From: Lachnospiraceae bacterium
GTDB taxonomy: Bacteria > Bacillota > Clostridia > Lachnospirales > Lachnospiraceae
DNA length: 64,000 nucleotides
Assembly (NCBI GenBank): GCA_963649295.1
Contig: CAVJHK010000001.1
Span: 4,636-68,635 of the forward strand
Direction: 5' to 3'
Shown piece after piece: positions 1 to 8,890 of this stretch. The position numbers and the translations under genes were made by a program. The stretch's first letter is position 1, and every line of letters begins with the position of its first letter. Under the pieces are notes generated by a model, which ran no database searches, was not told the DNA's origin, and saw nothing but the letters and a program-made list of their open reading frames with translations.

Positions 1-706
1 AAGCGGTGTGTTAGAGCATCCGGGGACATTAAAGGATCCAGCCAGAGTCAGAGACAGCTGGCAGGCAACCTTTGGCGGCAGTACCAATTCTCATAAGGTG
101 GCTGTGTTGGAGGAGGGCATGAAGTACACGCCAATCTCCATTAATCCAAGTGAAGCGCAATTTCTGGAGACCAGGAAATTTCAGATTAATGAGATTGCCA
201 GGATTTTCAGAGTGCCGCCACATATGATTGGAGATTTGGAGAAGGCGACATTTTCCAATATTGAGCAGCAGAGCCTGGAGTTTGTGAAGTATACGCTGGA
301 GCCCTGGCTGATACGTTTGGAGCAGGCAATGTTTCGGGCGCTGCTTACTAAGGATGAGAAGAAGCAATATTTCTTCAAGTTCAATGTAGATGGGCTTTTG
401 CGTGGTGATTACCAGTCCAGGATGAATGGCTATGCGACGGCCAGGCAGAATGGATGGATGTCCGCCAATGACATTCGTGAGCTTGAGAATCTGGATAAGA
501 TTCCGGAGGAGCTGGGCGGTGATTTGTATCTCATCAATGGAAATATGGTGAAGATTCAGGATGCCGGAGCGGCCTATCAGAAAAGCTCTGGTGATGATAG
601 AAATGAGGAGCCGGGCGGCTCTGAGGAAAAGGAGGGAAATTCGAGTGAAGAAATTCTGGAAATGGATAGACCAGACAGATCCGGTAGGGGCGTCAGAGCC
701 TGCTGA
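1..706 (+). CDS. phage portal protein, HK97-family type (C-terminal part; 5-prime end outside window)
   Basis: The frame is open from the window edge. It contains the motif FLETRKFQINEIARIFRVPPHMIGD and lies directly upstream of a ClpP-like prohead protease and an HK97-type capsid gene. Confidence 0.85.
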   Translation, partial: SGVLEHPGTLKDPARVRDSWQATFGGSTNSHKVAVLEEGMKYTPISINPSEAQFLETRKFQINEIARIFRVPPHMIGDLEKATFSNIEQQSLEFVKYTLEPWLIRLEQAMFRALLTKDEKKQYFFKFNVDGLLRGDYQSRMNGYATARQNGWMSANDIRELENLDKIPEELGGDLYLINGNMVKIQDAGAAYQKSSGDDRNEEPGGSEEKEGNSSEEILEMDRPDRSGRGVRAC

Positions 707-1472
707 GGAAGCGGAACGCATTTTGATGCTGAATGGCACCATTGCTGAGGATTCCTGGTTTGATGATGATGTGACACCGGGAGAGTTCCACGATGAGTTG
801 AATGCTGGCAAGGGCAACATTACCGTATGGATCAACAGTCCTGGTGGGGATTGCATTGCGGCGGCGCAGATTTATAAGATGCTGTCGGAGTATCCTGGCA
901 AGGTCACTGTGAAGGTGGATGGCCTGGCAGCATCGGCGGCTTCTGTCATTGCTATGGCGGGGGATGAGGTGCTGATGAGTCCGGTGTCCATGCTGATGAT
1001 TCACAATCCGGCTACGATGGCTTTCGGTGATCATAGTGATATGCAGAAGGCTATTGAGCTTTTGGATGCGGTGAAGGAGAGTATCATCAATTCTTATGTG
1101 AAGAAGACGGGGCTTAGCCGTGCAAGGCTTTCCCATCTCATGGATGCAGAAACCTGGATGGATGCCAATAAGGCAGTGGAACTGGGATTTGCAGATGGGA
1201 TTCTTTATGGAGACACGGATGCAAATGCGACGGATCAGGCACATGGCAGAGTGAGAAATGCAGCCGGTGGTGCAGGTGATGTAGCTTCTGTGATGTTCAG
1301 CCGTAAGGCTGTAAATAATGCTCTGGTAAATAAGCTGGAAAGACATTTTGCCGAAGACAGGAAGCCGGCTGCAGAGCAGGCGAGGATTGTACAAGAAAAT
1401 AGCAATGTAGTTACTGGGCGCTCAGCGGAGGAAATTCGCGGGCGCCTTTCATTTATCAAGAAATTTATCTGA
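645..1472 (+). CDS. ClpP-like (S14) prohead maturation protease
   Basis: Motifs INSPGGDCIAAAQIY, LAASAASVIAMAGD and MIHNP are present. The likely start is GTG 645, preceded by GGAGGG at 631-636. The ORF-track ATG at 561 lies deep inside the portal gene. Confidence 0.9.
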   Translation: MKKFWKWIDQTDPVGASEPAEEAERILMLNGTIAEDSWFDDDVTPGEFHDELNAGKGNITVWINSPGGDCIAAAQIYKMLSEYPGKVTVKVDGLAASAASVIAMAGDEVLMSPVSMLMIHNPATMAFGDHSDMQKAIELLDAVKESIINSYVKKTGLSRARLSHLMDAETWMDANKAVELGFADGILYGDTDANATDQAHGRVRNAAGGAGDVASVMFSRKAVNNALVNKLERHFAEDRKPAAEQARIVQENSNVVTGRSAEEIRGRLSFIKKFI

Positions 1473-1485
1473 GGAGGATAGGACA

Positions 1486-2679
1486 ATGACGATTAAGGAT
1501 TTGATTGAGAAGAGAGCAAAGGTGTGGGAGGCTGCAAAGAATTTTGTGGATACTCACGAGAATGAGAATGGCGTGCTGTCTGCGGAGGACGCTGCTACCT
1601 ACGAGAAGATGGAGGCTGAGATTGAGGACCTTACTAAGGCCATTGACCTTACTAAGGCCATTGACCGTCAGCAGAAGGCGGAGCAGAGGGAAGCAGAACT
1701 TTCAAGACCTGTGAATTCGCCGCTTACGGGCAAGCCTTATTCAGCAGGCAGAAATGATGAGGAGAAGGTTGGTCGTGCTTCTGACAGCTATCGCAAGGCA
1801 ATGCTGCAGGCCATGAGAACCAATTTCAGACAGGTCAGCAACGTGCTCCAGGAGGGCGTGGATGCTGATGGCGGTTATCTTGTTCCTGAGGAGTATGACA
1901 AGCGCCTTATCGATGTGCTGGATGAGGAAAATATTATGCGTGGTCTTGCAACCAAGATTACCACTTCCGGTCAGCACAAGATTAACATTGCGGCAACCAA
2001 GCCTGCGGCAGCATGGATTGAGGAAGGCGGAGCACTTACCTTTGGGGATGCAACCTTTGACCAGAAGTACCTGGATGCCTTCAAGCTTCATGTGGCAATC
2101 AAGGTGACTGAGGAGCTTCTTTATGACAATGCCTTCAACCTGGAGAATTACATCATTACCCAGTTCGGCAAGGCTCTTGCCAATGCTGAGGAGGATGCTT
2201 TCTTAAATGGCGATGGCACCGGCAAGCCAACCGGTATTTTTGATGCTGCAAATGGCGGACATATTTGCTCTACTTTGACTGCGGCTATCAAGTCGGATGA
2301 CATGTTAGACCTTGTTTATGCTTTGAAGAGACCTTACAGAAGAAAGGCCATCTTCATCATGAACGATGCAACACTTGCATCCATCCGCAAGCTCAAGGAC
2401 AACAACGGGGCTTATATCTGGCAGCCTTCTTATCAGGCTGGCGAGCCGGATAGAGTGCTGGGCTATGAGGTGCATACTTCTGCCTACGCGCCTAAGGATG
2501 GCATTGCCTTCGGTGATTACAGCTACTACAACATTGGCGACAGAGGCACCAGATCCTTCAAGCAGCTCAATGAGCTTTTTGCAGGAAATGGCATGATTGG
2601 CTTTGTGGCTAAGGAGCGTGTGGATGGCAAGCTAATTCTTCCTGAGGCCGTGCAGGTCATGAAGCTTAAGAGTGAGTAA
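1486..2679 (+). CDS. major capsid protein, HK97-like
   Basis: 397 aa with a charged coiled-coil N-terminal (delta-like) domain and a DADGGYLVPEEYD motif. RBS GAGGAGGA lies upstream, and the gene follows the protease in canonical order. Confidence 0.85.
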   Translation: MTIKDLIEKRAKVWEAAKNFVDTHENENGVLSAEDAATYEKMEAEIEDLTKAIDLTKAIDRQQKAEQREAELSRPVNSPLTGKPYSAGRNDEEKVGRASDSYRKAMLQAMRTNFRQVSNVLQEGVDADGGYLVPEEYDKRLIDVLDEENIMRGLATKITTSGQHKINIAATKPAAAWIEEGGALTFGDATFDQKYLDAFKLHVAIKVTEELLYDNAFNLENYIITQFGKALANAEEDAFLNGDGTGKPTGIFDAANGGHICSTLTAAIKSDDMLDLVYALKRPYRRKAIFIMNDATLASIRKLKDNNGAYIWQPSYQAGEPDRVLGYEVHTSAYAPKDGIAFGDYSYYNIGDRGTRSFKQLNELFAGNGMIGFVAKERVDGKLILPEAVQVMKLKSE

Positions 2680-2777
2680 TCAAATTAGCTGAGCCCTTGG
2701 AGTCCTTCGGGATGTCCATGAAAGCTTGCCGTTTGCGGACGGTGTGAGAAAGGCAAGGCTGTTTAGTTGACTAAACA

Positions 2778-3071
2778 GTGCTGGAGGTGAATGTTGTGGT
2801 AGTGACATTAGAGGAAATGAAAAATTATCTGCGGGTGAATTTTGAAGACGATGATGCACTGCTAGAGAGCATTATTTCACAGAGCCAGCAGATATGCATG
2901 GATGTGGCAAGGCTTTCGGATGCAGAGGAGTTTGAGAAGCAGCCGGTGGCAAAGGTGGCAGTTATGTACGCCGTGGCTTATCTGTATGAGCACAGGGAAG
3001 AAGCGGATCATCATGGACTCATGATAGGACTAAGAAATCTGCTGTTCGGAGTGCGGGAGCCAGGATTCTGA
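2778..3071 (+). CDS. head-tail connector protein (gp6-like)
   Basis: N-terminal pattern LEEMKNYLRVNFEDDDALLESII is typical of gp6-like connectors. The true start is probably GTG 2796 or 2802, after GGAGGTG at 2783-2789. Confidence 0.65.
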   Translation: MLEVNVVVVTLEEMKNYLRVNFEDDDALLESIISQSQQICMDVARLSDAEEFEKQPVAKVAVMYAVAYLYEHREEADHHGLMIGLRNLLFGVREPGF

Positions 3072-3096
3072 GAACGAATTGGAAGGAGGCCGAAAA

Positions 3097-3438
3097 GTGA
3101 ATATTGCTTTGATGAATGAGAAGGTCGTCTTTCAGAAGAATGCTGTTACGGTGGATGCCATTGGTAATCACAGGAATGAGTGGACAGATGACTATAGCTG
3201 CTATGCCACCATTGGTGGTGAGGGCCTGTCAAGTTCCAAGGAGACGGAGTCAGCTGGAATGGTAGTTTCTGATGACAACATGACGATTACAGTTCGTTGG
3301 TGTCAGAAGGTATCTGCGATTACTTCGCTGACGCACAGAGTGATTTTTCGGGATGAAATCTATGACATCATGAATGTAGATCATATGAATTTCAAGAAGA
3401 AAGCAGTGAAGTTTACCTGCAGAAAGGTCCGGAGGTGA
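3097..3438 (+). CDS. head closure / head-tail adaptor protein
   Basis: GTG 3097 follows GGAAGGAGG. The size (113 aa), the C-terminal pattern RVIFRDEIYDIMNVD and the position after the gp6-like gene fit this role. Confidence 0.6.
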   Translation: MNIALMNEKVVFQKNAVTVDAIGNHRNEWTDDYSCYATIGGEGLSSSKETESAGMVVSDDNMTITVRWCQKVSAITSLTHRVIFRDEIYDIMNVDHMNFKKKAVKFTCRKVRR

Positions 3439-3442
3439 TGGC

Positions 3443-3823
3443 ATGGCGAGAGACAGATGCAGTGTAAATCAGATGGCTCATGTCATTATGGAAGGCTTGC
3501 AGGAGTATGCAGATCTGGCGACAGAGGATATGAAGAAGGCAGTTCGTAAGGCTGGCAATGAGGCAAAAAAGGAGGTCCGGGCCAATGCTCCGGAGAAGTC
3601 CGGTGCCTATAAGAAAAGCTGGGCAACCAAGGTGACCAAGGAGAATGCCAATGCCATGGAGATTACGGTGTATTCGAAGAATCGCTATCAGCTGGCGCAT
3701 CTTCTGGAGAATGGCCATGCCTTAAGACAGGGCGGAAGAACAAGAGCCTTTGTGCATATCGCACCTGCAGAGGAGAAGGCGGCGAAGCTTTTAGAGCAGG
3801 AGGTTGAGAGGGTACTGAAATAA
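3443..3823 (+). CDS. HK97 gp10-like tail component
   Basis: The motif YQLAHLLENGH is characteristic of the gp10 family. RBS GGAGGTG lies at 3431-3437. Confidence 0.65.
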   Translation: MARDRCSVNQMAHVIMEGLQEYADLATEDMKKAVRKAGNEAKKEVRANAPEKSGAYKKSWATKVTKENANAMEITVYSKNRYQLAHLLENGHALRQGGRTRAFVHIAPAEEKAAKLLEQEVERVLK

Positions 3824-4289
3824 AAGGTGCAAGGATTTCGGCTGAAGGCATTTGCCTAAGGAAGGGGGGCTTATGACAATTGAAGATTTTACAAAGGTAC
3901 TGAAGAGTACCGGAATTCCCTTTGCCTATGATCATTTCGCAGAGGGAGAGAGCCCAGAACCGCCTTTTATCTGTTATCTGCTTTCTGGCAGTGACAATTT
4001 TGCGGCAGATGGGATGGTGTATTTTCACATTGACCAGGTGCGGGTGGAATTGTACAAAAGGTGAAAGGATTTCGGCTGAAGGCATTTGCTTAAGAAAGGG
4101 GCGCTTATGACAATTGAAGATTTTACAAAGGTACTGAAGAGTACCGGCATTCCCTTTGCCTATGATCATTTCGCAGAGGGAGAGAGTCCCAAGCCGCCTT
4201 TTATCTGTTATCTGCTTTCTGGCAGTGACAATTTTGCGGCAGACGGGATGGTGTATTTTCACATTGACCAAGTGCGGGTGGAATTGTAC
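3822..4289. repeat. tandem direct duplication, 2 x 234 bp (3822-4055 and 4056-4289)
   Basis: Read directly at an offset of exactly 234 nt, with about ten substitutions by eye. Each unit covers the intergenic RBS region plus the first ~61 codons of a tail gene. Confidence 0.95.
3873..4064 (+). pseudogene. truncated duplicate (63 aa) of the downstream tail gene
   Basis: MTIEDFTKVLKSTGIPFAYDHFAEGESP... is nearly identical to the N-terminus of the 4107-4424 product. It stops at the duplication junction (..VELYKR*). Confidence 0.6.
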
Positions 4290-4424
4290 ACGGATGCCAA
4301 GGCTCCGGAGACGGAGACCAAGGTGGAGGCGGCGCTGGATGCTGCTGGGATTTTTTATAACAAGTCGGAGGTATGGATCAGCAGCGAGAAGCTGTATGAG
4401 GTTCTGTACTCGTTTGAGATGTGA
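4107..4424 (+). CDS. putative tail completion / tail terminator protein (full-length copy)
   Basis: 105 aa, located between the gp10-like gene and the major tail gene. The function is assigned by position only. Confidence 0.4.
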   Translation: MTIEDFTKVLKSTGIPFAYDHFAEGESPKPPFICYLLSGSDNFAADGMVYFHIDQVRVELYTDAKAPETETKVEAALDAAGIFYNKSEVWISSEKLYEVLYSFEM

Positions 4425-4435
4425 GGAGGATTGAA

Positions 4436-5050
4436 ATGGCTGAGAATAATAAGGTCAAATATAACCTGAAGAATGCGCATTATGCGCTTTTGACGGTGGG
4501 AGAGGATGGGACACCAACCTATGGAACACCGGTGGCAATGCCAGGTTCAGTGTCATTGTCCCTGGATGCAAATGGTGAACCTGAGAATTTTTATGCGGAC
4601 GGTATCGCCTACTATGTGATTAACAACAACATGGGCTATGATGGCGATTTGGAACTGGCATTGATTCCGGAAAGCTTCAGGACGGATGTGCTGAAGGAGA
4701 CACTGGATGCCAAGGGCGTGCTTGTTGAGAATTCGGATTCGGAGCTGGCGGCATTTGCTCTGCTTTTTGAATTTGATGGTGATGTGAGACATATCCGCCA
4801 TGTGCTTTACAATTGCTCTGCTTCAAGACCTGGTATCGAGGGCAAGACCAATGAGGATACCAAGGAAGTGCAGACAGAGACGCTGACTATCAAGGCAACG
4901 CCTCTTTCGGATGGCATGGTGAAGGCAAAGACCGGAAATACCACCGATGATACGGTTTATGCCAATTGGTATAAGTCTGTGTATATCCCAAGTGCTGCGG
5001 AGGCTGCAGCCCAGAGTGAGACTACAAGTACGAAGAAGGCTGTGGGATAA
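4436..5050 (+). CDS. major tail protein (phi13-like family)
   Basis: ATG 4436 follows GAGGAGG. The N-terminus MAENNKVKYNLKNAHYALL...GTPVAMPGSVSLSLDANGE..FYADG fits the family, and the gene lies upstream of the chaperone and tape measure genes. Confidence 0.7.
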   Translation: MAENNKVKYNLKNAHYALLTVGEDGTPTYGTPVAMPGSVSLSLDANGEPENFYADGIAYYVINNNMGYDGDLELALIPESFRTDVLKETLDAKGVLVENSDSELAAFALLFEFDGDVRHIRHVLYNCSASRPGIEGKTNEDTKEVQTETLTIKATPLSDGMVKAKTGNTTDDTVYANWYKSVYIPSAAEAAAQSETTSTKKAVG

Positions 5051-5179
5051 GTCGGAGATATGATGATTGGTTGATTGGCGTGAAGCTGGTTAGTAATTTG
5101 CAGACGGATTGAGAAAGCCTCAGGGCAGACGGGCTCTGGGGCATTTAATCCGCGCAAGGATATATTTGGAGGTACGATA

Positions 5180-5566
5180 ATGAGCATGGTAAAGAAAATA
5201 GAAATTGATGGGAAGCCGGTGGCTTTTCGGGCATCGGCTGCGATTCCCAGAATTTATAGAATGAAATTTCAGAGGGATATTTACAAGGATCTGGCAGTGC
5301 TGGAGAAGGCCATTGGCAAGGATAGTGGCAATGATGAGCAGGTCAGCAACCTGGATATGTTCTCTCTGGAGATGTTTGAAAATATTGCCTATGTCATGGC
5401 AAAGCATGCGGACCCGGAGATTGCTGATACACCGGAGGAATGGCTGGATGAGTTTAATACCTTCAGCATTTACCAGGTTTTACCGAAAATTATCGAGCTG
5501 TGGGGTCTGAATGTGAAAGGCGATGCAGAGGCTAAAAAAAACTTCATCCAACAGAGCGTGAAATGA
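5180..5566 (+). CDS. tail assembly chaperone (gpG-like)
   Basis: 128 aa and acidic, sitting immediately before the tape measure gene. A slippery run lies near its 3-prime end. Confidence 0.6.
   Translation: MSMVKKIEIDGKPVAFRASAAIPRIYRMKFQRDIYKDLAVLEKAIGKDSGNDEQVSNLDMFSLEMFENIAYVMAKHADPEIADTPEEWLDEFNTFSIYQVLPKIIELWGLNVKGDAEAKKNFIQQSVK
5536..5542 (+). promoter_or_regulatory. candidate -1 programmed frameshift heptamer A_AAA_AAC
   Basis: In the zero frame of the chaperone the codons read gct aaa aaa aac. The -1 frame stays open from this point to 5730. Confidence 0.5.
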
Positions 5567-5730
5567 CAACGCCGCTCTTTCTTCTAAGGTGCGTGCAGCT
5601 GGGACTCTCCATCAGAGACTTGGATTTGCTGACTATTGGCATGGTCAATGACATGTTTATCGAGAGCAGAAATGATGAGTATAAGGGATGGAAGAAGACA
5701 GCGACGCAAGAGGATTTTGATAGGTTTTAG
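5563..5730 (+). CDS. gpT-like extension of the tail chaperone (reached by -1 frameshift; also has its own ATG)
   Basis: A 55-codon frame (MTTPLFLLRCVQLGLSIRDLDLLTIGMVNDMFIE...) lies in the -1 frame relative to 5180-5566. It is below the ORF-track size cutoff. Confidence 0.45.
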   Translation: MTTPLFLLRCVQLGLSIRDLDLLTIGMVNDMFIESRNDEYKGWKKTATQEDFDRF

Positions 5731-5761
5731 TGCAAGATTTTAGCGGAGAGGAGGTGCTCGG

Positions 5762-8449
5762 ATGGCAAATCGTATCAAGGGTATCACCATTGAAATTGGT
5801 GGGGATACTACCAAGCTGCAGACAGCCTTGAAGGGTGTGAATTCGGAGATTCGAAGCACACAGTCTCAGCTGAAGGATGTGGAAAAGCTGCTGAAGCTGG
5901 ATCCGGGGAATACGGAGCTGATTACCCAGAAGCATAAGCTGCTTGCTCAGGCTGTGACGGAGACTAAGGAAAAGCTGGAGACGTTAAAGACTGCTCAGCA
6001 GCAGGCCAATGAAGCTTTGAAGAATGGGACGATTTCTCAGGAGCAGTATGATGCACTGCAGAGGGAGATTGTTGAGACGGAGCAGGACTTGAAGCGTCTG
6101 GAGGAGCAAGCCAACCAGTCGGCGACGGCCTTGCAGAAAATCTCTTCGACCGGTGAGAAGCTGCAGACGGTGGGCGATAAGGTTTACGATGTGGGAACCA
6201 AGCTATTGCCTGTGACAGGAGCTGTAGCAGCTGCAGGTACTGCGGCAGTGAAGACAGCAGCAGATTTTGAGTCCGGTATGAGTAAGGTGTCGGCCATTTC
6301 CGGAGCAACCGAATCTGATTTGGATGCTCTTTCTGATAAAGCCAGAGAGATGGGAGCCATGACCAAGTTTTCTGCATCTGAGGCGGCATCAGCTATGGAG
6401 TACATGGCTATGGCAGGCTGGAAGACAGAGGACATGCTGGGCGGCATCGAGGGTGTCATGAATCTGGCGGCGGCTTCCGGTGAGGACCTGGCTACGACAT
6501 CTGATATTGTGACGGATGCTTTGACAGCTTTTGGACTGACAGCTTCTGATTCAGGGCATTTTGCTGATGTGCTGGCAGCGGCTTCAAGTAATGCCAATAC
6601 CAACGTGTCATTGATGGGCGAGACCTTTAAGTACTGTGCACCGATTGCGGGCTCTCTTGGATTTTCGGTAGAGGATACGGCGGAGGCCATTGGCCTTATG
6701 GCAAATGCCGGAATCAAATCTACCCAGGCTGGTACGTCTCTTCGAACCATTATGACAAATCTCTCCAGCGATTTTTCCATTGCCGGTCAGAATATCGGAG
6801 AGGTTACCATTGCCACCACCAATGCAGATGGCTCCATGAGGGATTTGTCGGATATCCTGGCAGATTGCAGGGTGGCATTTGCAGGACTGACCGAGTCTGA
6901 GAAGGCAGCTGCGGCAGAATCTCTGGTTGGCAAGAATGCCATGTCAGGCTTTTTGGCATTGATGAATGCAGGCGAGGGTGACATTGATAAGCTGTCCTCT
7001 GCCATAGAAAACTGTGATGGTACGGCACAAAGTATGGCCGATACCATGAATAACAATCTGGAAGGTCAGCTCACCATTCTGAAATCAGCATTGGAGGAGT
7101 TGGCCATTTCTTTTGGAGAAATATTACTGCCAGCGGTGAAGAACATCGTGTCCTTTCTGCAGGGGCTTGTAGATGTGCTAAATTCCATGCCGGACGGCAT
7201 GAAGCAGACCATTGTCACTATTGCCCTGGTTGCGGCGGCCCTAGGACCGGTGCTGATTGTAGTGGGCAAGGTGATTTCTGCGGTGGGAACCATTATGACG
7301 GTTGTGCCTAAGGTGGTGGGCGTCATCAATGGAGTAAAGACAGCATTTGCAGCGCTGAATGTAACCATGCTGGCAAATCCGATTACATTGATTATCGCAG
7401 CTATTGCAGCTCTGGTGGCAGCCTTCATTTACCTGTGGAATACCAATGAGGAATTCAGGCAGTTCTGGATTAACCTTTGGGAAAATGTGAAGGAGGTAGC
7501 AATCCAGTGCTGGCAGGCAATCTCAGAATTTTTGTCTGGTGCCTGGGAGGCTATTCGAAATACTGCGGAGACAGTTTGGAATGGGATAAAGGACTTCTTC
7601 TCAGGGCTTTGGACTGGGATTCAGGGAATTTTTACTACGGTGGTGACAGCCATCAGTGGATTTTTGCAGAGTGCCTGGTCGACAATTCAGACAGTGACTT
7701 CGACAATCTGGAATGGCATCATGTCTGTGATTTCTAATGTAACGAATGGGATTAAAACAACCATTACGACGGTTTGGAACAATATCAAAGCGACGGTCAC
7801 GAGTCTCAGCAACAGCATTAAGACGGGTGTGAGCAATGCCTTTAGTGCCATGTGGAATGGGATTAAGAACACAGTATCTGGAATCTACAATACGATTCGG
7901 GAAGGCTTTGGAAATGCGGTTGGCTTTATCACAGGGCTGGCATCCTCTGCCTGGCAGTGGGGTGCGGACATCATCAATGGGATTGTAAATGGTATCCGAA
8001 GCTGCATTGGTGCGGTAAAGAATGCGGTCAGTGATGTGGCCGAGACCATTAAGTCTTTTCTGCATTTCTCCGTACCGGATGAAGGCCCACTTACTGATTT
8101 TGAATCCTGGATGCCGGACTTCATGGAAGGCTTGGCTCAGGGGATTGAAAAGAGCAGAGGTCTTGTGAAGGATGCTGTGGATAATGTGGCAGGAGACATG
8201 GTGCTGTCGCCGGGACTTGCTATGGCTGATGGGGCTTCCGGTATATCTGGCGAAGCCGGGGCGTTTGGAAACTCTGGTGACAGAGGAAGCCTGGTGTCTG
8301 CGATTCGTGAGGCGGTCAGCGGCATCAGTACAGGAAATAATGGCGAGGCTGGTGACATTGTCATTCCGGTTTATCTGGGAAATCAGATGCTGGATGAGGT
8401 GATTGTGACAGCACAGCAGAGAATGAATCTAAGAAGCGGAGGCAGGTAA
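5762..8449 (+). CDS. tail tape measure protein
   Basis: 895 aa with an N-terminal coiled coil, a TP901-type core (AMTKFSASEAASAMEYMAMAGW), hydrophobic segments and repeated W/G-rich segments (WNGIK..). Confidence 0.9.
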   Translation: MANRIKGITIEIGGDTTKLQTALKGVNSEIRSTQSQLKDVEKLLKLDPGNTELITQKHKLLAQAVTETKEKLETLKTAQQQANEALKNGTISQEQYDALQREIVETEQDLKRLEEQANQSATALQKISSTGEKLQTVGDKVYDVGTKLLPVTGAVAAAGTAAVKTAADFESGMSKVSAISGATESDLDALSDKAREMGAMTKFSASEAASAMEYMAMAGWKTEDMLGGIEGVMNLAAASGEDLATTSDIVTDALTAFGLTASDSGHFADVLAAASSNANTNVSLMGETFKYCAPIAGSLGFSVEDTAEAIGLMANAGIKSTQAGTSLRTIMTNLSSDFSIAGQNIGEVTIATTNADGSMRDLSDILADCRVAFAGLTESEKAAAAESLVGKNAMSGFLALMNAGEGDIDKLSSAIENCDGTAQSMADTMNNNLEGQLTILKSALEELAISFGEILLPAVKNIVSFLQGLVDVLNSMPDGMKQTIVTIALVAAALGPVLIVVGKVISAVGTIMTVVPKVVGVINGVKTAFAALNVTMLANPITLIIAAIAALVAAFIYLWNTNEEFRQFWINLWENVKEVAIQCWQAISEFLSGAWEAIRNTAETVWNGIKDFFSGLWTGIQGIFTTVVTAISGFLQSAWSTIQTVTSTIWNGIMSVISNVTNGIKTTITTVWNNIKATVTSLSNSIKTGVSNAFSAMWNGIKNTVSGIYNTIREGFGNAVGFITGLASSAWQWGADIINGIVNGIRSCIGAVKNAVSDVAETIKSFLHFSVPDEGPLTDFESWMPDFMEGLAQGIEKSRGLVKDAVDNVAGDMVLSPGLAMADGASGISGEAGAFGNSGDRGSLVSAIREAVSGISTGNNGEAGDIVIPVYLGNQMLDEVIVTAQQRMNLRSGGR

Positions 8450-8450
8450 G

Positions 8451-8813
8451 ATGGCATTTTATCAATATTTGATTTTCGATGGAGAGAGCCTGCCGCTTCC
8501 GGATTCCTATGATGTGGAACTCAAGGATGTGGAAGCAGACTCCGGTGGAGAGACCGAGGCCGGCACTACCCAGAGGGATGTGGTAAGGCATGGCGTGGTC
8601 AGCATCCCTGTCAGCTTTTCCGTGACAAAGGCCTGGCTTACCAAGTTTGGCGCCTATGCCAAGAAGGATAAAATCCAGGTGCAGTATTTTGATCCTGTGA
8701 CAGCGGAGCTAGTAGGAACGGAGATGTATGTGGATGGGCTTAAGGTGAAGCTGGAGAAGGACACCAGCTATAAGGGACTTTGGACGGTGAGTTTTACGCT
8801 GAGGGAGATGTAG
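8451..8813 (+). CDS. putative distal tail protein (short form)
   Basis: Assigned by position only: the gene starts 2 nt after the tape measure stop. 120 aa. Confidence 0.35.
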   Translation: MAFYQYLIFDGESLPLPDSYDVELKDVEADSGGETEAGTTQRDVVRHGVVSIPVSFSVTKAWLTKFGAYAKKDKIQVQYFDPVTAELVGTEMYVDGLKVKLEKDTSYKGLWTVSFTLREM

Positions 8814-8890
8814 GAAATTAACTGGTTATTTTGATGATTGGAAATATCGGCTATAATGAATACAGAAATAATCAATAAGGAGCACAAAAA

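Noticed and set aside
561-644. ATG 561 as the start of the prohead protease
   Set aside because: It lies 145 nt inside the portal gene and has no RBS. GTG 645 has a GGAGGG RBS and gives the usual KKFW... N-terminus.
29-1394. Long minus-strand ORFs (29-856, 181-384, 577-777, 693-1394) opposite the portal and protease genes
   Set aside because: They are antisense shadows of strongly supported plus-strand phage genes. They have no RBS, and their composition is low-complexity and rich in Leu, Ser and Arg.
1505-1714. Arg-rich 69-aa alternative-frame ORF inside the capsid gene
   Set aside because: It is an out-of-frame overlap with a well-supported capsid CDS, and the Arg/Leu-rich composition is typical of frame artefacts.
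2680-2777. Hairpins after the capsid gene (ctgtttag ttga ctaaacag and others) as a terminator
   Set aside because: No U-tract follows. They may be a processing or attenuation structure, but the evidence is too weak to annotate.
3663-4271. 202-aa minus-strand ORF with internally repeated sequence
   Set aside because: The internal repeat simply mirrors the 234-bp tandem duplication on the plus strand. The ORF is antisense to the tail genes.
5964-8591. Many ORFs in other frames or on the other strand within the tape measure gene (for example 6184-6780 minus, 7601-8065 minus, 7477-7737 plus)
   Set aside because: They are shadows within a single uninterrupted 895-aa tape measure CDS.
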